A stretch of 64,000 nt of DNA, taken from positions 10,829 to 74,828 of the forward strand of contig JAYUSS010000131.1 of NCBI GenBank assembly GCA_043755535.1, in the 5' to 3' direction. Below are positions 1-6,890 of the stretch, piece after piece. The notes below the pieces were generated by a model. That model made no database searches, was not told where the DNA came from, and saw only the letters and a program-made list of their open reading frames with translations. The stretch is from Candidatus Peregrinibacteria bacterium (GTDB lineage Bacteria > Patescibacteriota > Gracilibacteria > Peribacterales > Peribacteraceae). Both the position numbers and the translations under genes were made by a program. Each line of letters begins with the position of its first letter. The first letter of the stretch is position 1.

Positions 1-2
1 TC

Positions 3-3000
3 GCGACGAACAACATTCGTTCGTCGGGATCGTTGATTCTTTCCGGAGCGCAACCGGTGCTGACAGGCACCTATGACACAACCGGCACTGCCCAAGGAGT
101 CACCGTCGCCGGTCGTTACGCTTATGTCGCGGACGGTATAAGCGGACTCCAGATTGTTGCTACCGGTATTCCTGCATCACCGTCGCTCGTTGGTACCTAT
201 GACACAACCGGCACCGCCTACAGCGTCTCCGTTGCCGGTCGTTACGCGTACGTTGGAGACAATACGAGCGGACTCCAGGTCATCGACATCAGCACGCCTG
301 CATCTCCCACATTGGCCGGCACCTACGACACAACCGGCGACGCCTACGGCGTCACCATTGCCGGTCGCTACGTCTACGTCGGAGACGGTACGAGTGGTCT
401 GCAAGTCGTTGGCATACAGGGCATCGACGCACCCAGCGCAACCATCGGCGCAATCGAGACCCATAGCTTGAATGTCCGTGAATCCGCACGCATCAACGCC
501 AACCTGACGGTCGATCGCGGACTCACGGTGGGAGACGGCTTGTATGTCTACGGCCAAACCTCCATGCGCGCCTTCTCCGGATCGGCCCTTACCCTGTCAA
601 CACAGGATCGCGGAGGTGCACCCGCCCTCAATGTCCGCGGCACCATCTCCGGTTCGCTCATTACGCAGAACGGTGCGGGAAGCAACTACTTCTTGGGAAA
701 TCTCGGGATCGGTACTACGACTCCCAAGGCCCGCTTCACCGTCGTCGGCTCCGGTGCCTTTACGGGAACACTCTCCGGTTCTGCATTGAACATTCAAGGA
801 GGAACGAGTTACGTGCTCGGGAACCTCGGCATCGGCAAAACATCCCCTTCGACAAAGCTCGATGTGCTGGGCACCATCTCCGGCTCCCTCATTACCCAGA
901 ACGGAGCGGGAAGCAACTACTTCTTGGGGAATCTCGGCATCGGCGATACAACCCCTGCATCACTCTTTACTGTTGGGAACGGAGACCTCTTCCGAGTGGA
1001 TACAGATGGTCATCTGGGAATGGGAACGGCACCTCTCGCTCAGCAGTTAGTGCGCATTATTGCCACGACAAGCGGAGGCACTGGGCAGGCTGGTATGGTT
1101 GTTTTAGTAACTGGCGATTCAAGCGGAACATCATCAATCGATGGAATATCAGCACAAATTGCAACCTCCGCAGCCGCATATACAGTCGCCACTGCGCGAG
1201 GTTTGCGCATCAATGATGCGACACTCGGTGCGGGGTCGGCCATCACGGCGCAGGTGGGTGTGGATGTCCTGGATCAGACAAGGGGAACATCGAACTACGG
1301 ACTCCGCTCGCTGGTGACATCGGGAACCAATAAATGGAATATCTATGCATCTGGTACTGCACAGAATTACTTGGCAGGGAATCTTGGCATCGGCAAAACG
1401 GTCGCCGCCACCAAGCTCGAAGTTGTCGGTACGATCTCTGGCTCCCTCATTACCCAGAACGGGGCTGGGAATAACTACTTGATGGGGAATGTGGGCATCG
1501 GTACCACGGCACCCAAAGCCCTGCTCGACGTCGCCGGCACCATGTCCGGAAAGATTCTGGTCCTGAGCAGGCTCCAGAACATCGGCGCCACCCAGAGCGC
1601 GATCTGTGTCACCGCCACCGGTGCCATCCTCAAAAACGGCGGCACCAGCACCTGTCTCGTTTCATCTCTGCGCTTCAAGCATGACGTTGCGAGCCTTGAT
1701 AACAATGCCCTCTCCCTCATCGGCGCCCTCCGGCCTGTTTCCTACCGCGACAATGCGACAAACATTCTGAACGTCGGTCTCATCGCCGAAGAAGTGCAGC
1801 AGATCGATCCCCGTCTCGTCTTCTACGAAGCCGACGGTACGACGGTCCGCGGTGTGAAATACGAGAACTTCACGGCGCTGCTTGCCAAGGGCATCCAAGA
1901 ATTGAACACGCGCACGAGCGGCATCACCGCCAACTCAGGCACGACCATCAGCTCCTCTACCGGCAACGGTGCAGCAAGCCTTCTGACCCTCACATCCAAT
2001 GTTTCCTCCACCGGCAATACCGTGCTACGCGTCAACGCGTCGGGTTCTGTCTTCACGGACGGCACCTACAACAGTTCCGGTGCCGACTACGCAGAATGGT
2101 TCTACAGCAAGGATACTCTGAAGCAGGGCGAAGTCGTCTGTATCGATATTACCAAGAACAATGCGGTGGAACGCTGCAAGAGCGACGCCGACAGCAATGT
2201 GATGGGTATCGTCTCCACCAACCCCGCCTTCATTGGAAATAGCATTGGCGGAGCAAGTGGCATCATTCCTCCGGGCTACGCGCTCATCGGTCTCATCGGA
2301 CAGGTTCCTGCCAAGGTCATAGCCGAGGATGGTGAGGCGATCCGTCCGGGAGATGCACTGACTGCCGCCGCGATTCCGGGCTATGCACGCAAGGCAAAGG
2401 CAGGTGAATCCACTGTCGGTGTCGCCCTTGAAGGGTTGGCATCCGGCAAGGGAACGGTCAATGTATTGATCTCCCGCCGCAACAGCTCCATGACCGTCGA
2501 CGCCGTCGGACAGAAGGTCTTGGACACGATCGCGTCAATGGAAATCGAAGATGAAGTGCAGATCATGGTCAGTGCGGCACTCGGAGATCTCAATGTGGAT
2601 GATCAGATCACCGCAGAGGTGACACGGCAGATCGAGGTGATTGCTGCGCAGAATGCGGATATCGAGACGATGAAACTGGATATCGCATCCCTGAAGACGC
2701 AGATCGCCGGTATGGGATCATCTACGGGTACGGGCACCGCCGCGCTGGGCGGCGTACAGACGTTCGATTCGAACGTCTCTACATTGGAAATCGATGGCAC
2801 ACTCGTGACTGGAGGCAATGCAAGAATTGGAGGCGATCTCACCATCGACGGCACCCTCAATGCCTCTTCCCTCTTTGTCCCGAATGGCCTGACTATTGAT
2901 GGAGGAGTGGTGATGCAAGGACTCTTGGATGCACAGAATCTGCATGTATCCGATGAAGCGATCATTGATGGAACACTTACCATCAATGGAACCTTGAACC

Positions 3001-3887
3001 TTGCATCGGGTGCAACCTTGAATCTCGGTTCCGGCGCCCTGACGATGGATCAATTGATTGTCGAGAATGCACTGTTCGTGATGGGTGATATCACCATCAA
3101 GGGCATGGCCACCTTCCTGGGCGACATCAACGTGCAGGGTGAACTCGTCATGAGCAACAAGTACGCAGGCTTCGCGATGATCCCGAAAAACGGAACATCT
3201 GTGACGATCTACTTCGGATCCGGATTCAAAGCGACACCGGTGGTAAGTGTCACGCCAAATGACTTCGTCTTCACAGCCTGGAGAACGGCACCTGTCACAC
3301 AAACCGGATTTACGATCGAACTCGCAGGACCCGCAGACCGCGACGTCACCTTCTCCTGGATCGCGCTGGGTGTCTCTAACCCTGTAATGCTCAATGCAGA
3401 ACTGACGGATGAGGGAACGATCATCTTCCCGCTCGCTTCGGACAACATTCCTGTGTCCTCCAACATGGCATGGAACGCCTGCATCCGCAACATCACGATG
3501 CTCGATGAATCCGGACAGCCACTCTCCTGTGCTCGTTACCACGATGCCTACACCTGGACACACCCGGATCTGCAGATCAGTTTCGTCTGGAACACATCCA
3601 TGACTCCTCCACTCCTCCAATTGCCTGCGGGCTACACCGCACGAGTGACGGAAGATGCGCAGGGCATCATTGATGCGATTAGTGGATCGGAGAATCCGGC
3701 AGCAGGCGCCAGCCCTGATCCTGTCGTCGAAGAGACTCCTGCCGAGGAACCTGTTGTAGAACCTGTTGTGGAAGTGGCTCCTGCAGAAGAACCAGCTCCG
3801 GAACCAGAGGGAACGCCGGAGGAAGAACCTGCTCCCGAAGAAGCGCCGGTGCCGGCTGAGGGGGCAACGGAGAGCCCGGCGATCTAA
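3..3887 (+). CDS. Giant mosaic cell-surface protein, 5' end open to window edge
   Basis: No in-frame stop back to nt 3; the TTG at 33 is only the ORF-track start. LVIVD-like repeats (GRYAYVADGISGLQIV x3). At least 4 copies of a GTISGSLITQNGAGSNYFLGNLGIG tail-fibre-like repeat. Internal peptidase-S74/intramolecular-chaperone-like segment (LRFKHDV..GLIAEEVQQIDPRLV..VKYENFTALLAKGIQEL, nt ~1660-1925). Then a coiled coil, beta-helix-like repeats, an H-type-lectin-like segment and a Pro/Glu-rich tail. Confidence 0.75.
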   Translation, partial: ATNNIRSSGSLILSGAQPVLTGTYDTTGTAQGVTVAGRYAYVADGISGLQIVATGIPASPSLVGTYDTTGTAYSVSVAGRYAYVGDNTSGLQVIDISTPASPTLAGTYDTTGDAYGVTIAGRYVYVGDGTSGLQVVGIQGIDAPSATIGAIETHSLNVRESARINANLTVDRGLTVGDGLYVYGQTSMRAFSGSALTLSTQDRGGAPALNVRGTISGSLITQNGAGSNYFLGNLGIGTTTPKARFTVVGSGAFTGTLSGSALNIQGGTSYVLGNLGIGKTSPSTKLDVLGTISGSLITQNGAGSNYFLGNLGIGDTTPASLFTVGNGDLFRVDTDGHLGMGTAPLAQQLVRIIATTSGGTGQAGMVVLVTGDSSGTSSIDGISAQIATSAAAYTVATARGLRINDATLGAGSAITAQVGVDVLDQTRGTSNYGLRSLVTSGTNKWNIYASGTAQNYLAGNLGIGKTVAATKLEVVGTISGSLITQNGAGNNYLMGNVGIGTTAPKALLDVAGTMSGKILVLSRLQNIGATQSAICVTATGAILKNGGTSTCLVSSLRFKHDVASLDNNALSLIGALRPVSYRDNATNILNVGLIAEEVQQIDPRLVFYEADGTTVRGVKYENFTALLAKGIQELNTRTSGITANSGTTISSSTGNGAASLLTLTSNVSSTGNTVLRVNASGSVFTDGTYNSSGADYAEWFYSKDTLKQGEVVCIDITKNNAVERCKSDADSNVMGIVSTNPAFIGNSIGGASGIIPPGYALIGLIGQVPAKVIAEDGEAIRPGDALTAAAIPGYARKAKAGESTVGVALEGLASGKGTVNVLISRRNSSMTVDAVGQKVLDTIASMEIEDEVQIMVSAALGDLNVDDQITAEVTRQIEVIAAQNADIETMKLDIASLKTQIAGMGSSTGTGTAALGGVQTFDSNVSTLEIDGTLVTGGNARIGGDLTIDGTLNASSLFVPNGLTIDGGVVMQGLLDAQNLHVSDEAIIDGTLTINGTLNLASGATLNLGSGALTMDQLIVENALFVMGDITIKGMATFLGDINVQGELVMSNKYAGFAMIPKNGTSVTIYFGSGFKATPVVSVTPNDFVFTAWRTAPVTQTGFTIELAGPADRDVTFSWIALGVSNPVMLNAELTDEGTIIFPLASDNIPVSSNMAWNACIRNITMLDESGQPLSCARYHDAYTWTHPDLQISFVWNTSMTPPLLQLPAGYTARVTEDAQGIIDAISGSENPAAGASPDPVVEETPAEEPVVEPVVEVAPAEEPAPEPEGTPEEEPAPEEAPVPAEGATESPAI

Positions 3888-3910
3888 GTATCTCGCTGGC
3901 TTCTGGATAA

Positions 3911-4024
3911 CCTCCCCAGCTGCTAGACAACCTCCCCCACCCCTAGCCCCCGTAAAGGGGCGTTGCCCCACGGGGCTTTTACGCCCTCCCCAGCTGCTAG
4001 ACAACCTCCCCCACCCCTAGCCCC
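3911..4024. repeat. Perfect 40-bp direct repeat (3911-3950 = 3985-4024) separated by a 34-bp GC hairpin spacer
   Basis: cctccccagctgctagacaacctcccccacccctagcccc occurs twice. The last 20 nt of each copy equal the terminus of the DUF559 cassette. Confidence 0.9.
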
Positions 4025-4473
4025 TCCCCCGCGAGGGGAGGGGAACATACATATGATCGGATAGAATGAAGAACATTTTCAATATCATGAAGTACTTCTT
4101 CATTGATAAATCGGATGATTTCGATTCCCTCATTATTCATTTCATCCGTACGGATCGCATCATTTTCCTTTTGAGTTGAGTCATCATGAATGGAGCCGTC
4201 CACTTCAATACCTAATTTTGCTTTGTCACAATAGAAATCAAGGATCCTCCCTCTCACCGGGTTCTGCCGCCGAAATCGGACACCGAGCTGATCGAAGCGC
4301 AGAAATTTCCACAAATATTCTTCCGCCTCTGTCGGATTCTTCCTCATCTCACGAACATGCTGCAGCACTGATCCGTTCACCTGAGGTTTTACCTTGTATT
4401 CCTTTTCTTCGTGCTCCCTTCCCCTCGCGGGGGAAGGGCTGGGGATGGGGGAGGGCATGGGTAAAGAAGACAT
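3997..4473 (-). CDS. DUF559 (Vsr-like PD-(D/E)xK) endonuclease domain protein
   Basis: [53 protein letters not shown] matches the DUF559 pattern. The ATG (4473) and TAG (3997) both lie just outside the repeat-bounded cassette. Confidence 0.75.
   Translation of the reverse strand: MSSLPMPSPIPSPSPARGREHEEKEYKVKPQVNGSVLQHVREMRKNPTEAEEYLWKFLRFDQLGVRFRRQNPVRGRILDFYCDKAKLGIEVDGSIHDDSTQKENDAIRTDEMNNEGIEIIRFINEEVLHDIENVLHSIRSYVCSPPLAGEGLGVGEVV
4005..4454 (-). mobile_element. DUF559 endonuclease cassette, copy 1 (450 bp between CCTCCCCC / GGGGGAGG termini)
   Basis: Same outer termini and the same CCCC(T)CGCG(A)GGGG palindromic subterminal blocks as the copy at 10265-10717. The sense frame is open across the whole element. 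Confidence 0.6.
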
Positions 4474-4490
4474 AGGAAACTAATAGCAAC

Positions 4491-5156
4491 CTACCAAGTA
4501 GTCAGCGCATCAAACCCCATCAACACCCCATTCATAATCCCATGAACCCACCCCGACAAGATCGGAAACGGCAGCAACGATTCACCGAAGACAAGGAACA
4601 GTAGAATCCACTGCCCATACTGCATAAACCGGTCATAGCCCTCATGCCAGTCATCGGGCAAAAACACATAGAGGATCTTACTGCCATCAAGCGGTGCCAG
4701 CGGAAACAAGTTGAAGGCCATCAATGCCAAGTTCACATAGAGCGACGCACCGAGAATTTGACCGATGATCGTCATGACAGGAGATCCCCCGCCGATATCG
4801 AGTAGTCCGTACACTCCTCCACCCATCTGTAACGGAAGCACGGACAAGAGAATGAACGCGCCGAATGCGAGAACGAGATTGCTAAAGGGGCCGGCAAGCG
4901 CGACCAGCGACGTATCCCGTGCGTAGTGCTTAAACGCATGCGGGTTCACCGGTACGGGCTTTGCCCACCCGAACCCCACCACCAAAAACATCAACGCTCC
5001 AAGGGGGTCAATATGCGCAATAGGGTTAATCGTGAGCCGCCCTTCGTGCCGTGCGGTATCATCCCCCAACTGGAATGCCGCAAACGCATGCGCCCATTCG
5101 TGAATGGAGAGCGCGATGAGGACGGCGATGATGTAGGTGGGATTTAAAAATTGCAC
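4491..5156 (-). CDS. Site-2 protease family (M50) membrane metalloprotease
   Basis: HEWAHAF (HExxH) in the first TM segment, multiple TM helices, and an LDGS-like second motif (PLAPLDGSKI). Confidence 0.75.
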   Translation of the reverse strand: MQFLNPTYIIAVLIALSIHEWAHAFAAFQLGDDTARHEGRLTINPIAHIDPLGALMFLVVGFGWAKPVPVNPHAFKHYARDTSLVALAGPFSNLVLAFGAFILLSVLPLQMGGGVYGLLDIGGGSPVMTIIGQILGASLYVNLALMAFNLFPLAPLDGSKILYVFLPDDWHEGYDRFMQYGQWILLFLVFGESLLPFPILSGWVHGIMNGVLMGFDALTTW

Positions 5157-5168
5157 GAGGGGAGGATA

Positions 5169-5265
5169 CAGAAGATCCAGAGGATCCAGAAGACTCAGAA
5201 GATCTGCTTCCTGCCCCCTCCTCTGGATCCTCTGGATCCTCTAAGTCCTCTGAGCCCTCTGAGTC
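5169..5265. repeat. Inverted arms of a 9-nt-period word repeat in the divergent M50/rpmB intergenic region
   Basis: Left arm: cagaagatc cagaggatc cagaagact cagaagatc (5169-5204). Right arm: ctctggatc ctctggatc ctctaagtc ctctgagcc ctctgagtc (5221-5265). The arms are imperfectly complementary. Confidence 0.85.
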
Positions 5266-5327
5266 TTCCCATCTCTTGAAAGTTCCCGTTGACTCTTAGG
5301 TAAACCCCCATTAACCTGCCAGAACTT

Positions 5328-5537
5328 ATGGCAAGGATCTGCGCTAAAACCGGCAAGAAGACGACGTTCGGTAACACCCGAAGCCACTCGCTGCGCTCCA
5401 CACGCCGCACATGGAAGGTGAATCTCATCAAAAAGCGTGTGTTTGACCCTGCAACAGGTGAATTCAAGACAATGCGCGTTGCCGCTTCGTACCTCCGCAC
5501 GCTCGCGAAGAGGATGCAGCAGGGGAAGCGAGTATAA
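5328..5537 (+). CDS. rpmB: 50S ribosomal protein L28
   Basis: MARICAKTGKKTTFGNTRSHSLRSTRRTWKVNL is the typical L28 N-terminus; 69 aa. Confidence 0.9.
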   Translation: MARICAKTGKKTTFGNTRSHSLRSTRRTWKVNLIKKRVFDPATGEFKTMRVAASYLRTLAKRMQQGKRV

Positions 5538-5538
5538 A

Positions 5539-5617
5539 GTATTGGGTATTGAGTATTAGGTATGATGACGATGCTCTTTTTCGTATACCCAATACCTAAT
5601 ACTCAATACCCAATACT
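5539..5617. terminator. Perfect 26-bp inverted repeat (bidirectional terminator-like hairpin) between convergent rpmB and arfB
   Basis: agtattgggtattgagtattaggtat (5539-5564) is exactly complementary to 5592-5617, with a 27-nt loop. The arms are built from a 7-nt period (gtattgg/gtattga/gtattag). The right arm overlaps the arfB 3' end. Confidence 0.75.
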
Positions 5618-6022
5618 ACCACCATCCACTGACCCTTTTCGTGTTTGCTTAATAACACCGCGATCCCGTTTTTCAGCAACCATCTTCTCTTTCGCACGCT
5701 TGGATCGCCTTTTCTTTTGCTTACGGATCTTAAACGCAGCCTTGGTAATGCGCGACTCCTCCCCTTTCTCCTTCTCTTCCAGCTTGAGAATCAGGAGCTT
5801 CCACGCACTTAAGCGGTTTTTGCTCTGTTCGCGGTGCTTCTGCATTTTTACTTCGATGCCCGTTGGCAGGTGAATAAGCTGAACGACGCTCGATGTCTTA
5901 TTGATCTTTTGCCCCCCATGACCGCTCCCACGGACAAAGCGCTCCTCCACGTCTTCTGGCTGAATCTTCAACTCCTCCGCCAAAGCCAGAAGGTCTGGCG
6001 ACAATTCGATGGGAAACGACAT
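5603..6022 (-). CDS. arfB: Peptidyl-tRNA hydrolase ArfB (class I release-factor-like GGQ protein)
   Basis: About 139 aa, GSGHGGQKINKTSS (GGQ motif), basic C-terminal tail. Confidence 0.8.
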   Translation of the reverse strand: MSFPIELSPDLLALAEELKIQPEDVEERFVRGSGHGGQKINKTSSVVQLIHLPTGIEVKMQKHREQSKNRLSAWKLLILKLEEKEKGEESRITKAAFKIRKQKKRRSKRAKEKMVAEKRDRGVIKQTRKGSVDGGSIGY

Positions 6023-6218
6023 ACGCCAATCGTAGCATGAGACGGCTTGTCGGCCGTAGCCCAGAGGCGAAGGCTGAGGAAGGGCATGGGGAGAAGGCGG
6101 ATCGCCTTGGAGTATAGAGCAAATTGCCTATACTATGCCCCGCCTTGGAGAGGTCGCATAGATGGCGCCTTGTGCGCCATCGCACATCCTCATCATTGGT
6201 CGTTCTGTCTTAATCTTT

Positions 6219-6308
6219 GGAGAGGTCGCATAGTGGCCTAGTGCGCACGCTTGGAAAGCGTGTAGATCCGCAAGGGTCTCGGGAGTTCGAATCTCCCCCT
6301 CTCCGCCA
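6219..6308 (+). tRNA. tRNA-Ser (anticodon GGA), CCA encoded
   Basis: Folded by hand. Acceptor GGAGAGG/CCTCTCC, 3-bp D stem, anticodon stem CACGC/GCGTG with loop TTGGAAA, long variable arm (GATCC..GGGTC), T arm GGGAG TTCGAAT CTCCC. Confidence 0.9.
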
Positions 6309-6442
6309 TTCGACTCGCAGCCGCTGCGCGGCAATGCTCGCTCATGGTCGTCGCGCCTCTTGGCGCTCCGGCCATTCCTTTACTGAATCGAATGACCCTG
6401 AGCGAAGCCGCAGCGGAGTCGAAGGGCCCTTTTCGATTACAA

Positions 6443-6467
6443 CAAAAACAGCCCCGAAGGACTGCTT
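6443..6467 (-). terminator. Intrinsic terminator downstream of the 6488-6808 gene
   Basis: The minus strand reads agcagtccTTCGgggctgttttt: a stem with a tetraloop followed by a T-run. Confidence 0.65.
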
Positions 6468-6487
6468 TATAATCGCTGAATGTAGAA

Positions 6488-6808
6488 TTATTTCTTCTTC
6501 ACCTCACACGAGCAGCCGCAACACTTCATCGCAGTCTTTTGCAGGAAGAACAAGCACAAGACCAACGCGACAATGGAGAGCGATCCTGTGGATGTACCGA
6601 ATGCAAAGCCGCTCGAAAGCACGTGCGCCTTAAAGACACCGACTAGTGCAGCGAGGGTAACAACGGCATTCAGCACGAGTGACACGAGGGACAATGCATC
6701 GCACGCGGCACAGGCCATACCTTTTTTCTTAGACTTACCAAACATAGAGAGGAGGAGGAAAGTGGATAAAAGTGTACCACCACGGAAAATGAGAACAATT
6801 CTGTACAC
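6488..6808 (-). CDS. Small membrane protein with Cys-rich C-terminus (hypothetical)
   Basis: Hydrophobic segments; C-terminal CCGCSCEVKKK. The start may be the internal MFGKSKKKG (about 6745). Followed by a terminator. Confidence 0.45.
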   Translation of the reverse strand: MYRIVLIFRGGTLLSTFLLLSMFGKSKKKGMACAACDALSLVSLVLNAVVTLAALVGVFKAHVLSSGFAFGTSTGSLSIVALVLCLFFLQKTAMKCCGCSCEVKKK

Positions 6809-6890
6809 ATGAAACGGATTGACGAAATCCTACTTCCTTACTTCCATACCTCCTACCTTCCTTACCCCCGAATCTGTATTCTATGCTCGT

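Noticed and set aside
2718-4004. 428-aa minus-strand ORF (with other 60-130-aa ORFs) overlapping the giant surface-protein gene
   Set aside because: It is antisense to a strongly supported repeat-rich CDS. The Arg/Cys/His-rich composition is typical of shadow frames in GC-rich DNA, and no motifs are present.
5195-5500. 101-aa minus-strand ORF with an RGLRGLRGSRGSRG tail
   Set aside because: The tail is simply the translated 9-nt word repeat, and the body is antisense to rpmB.
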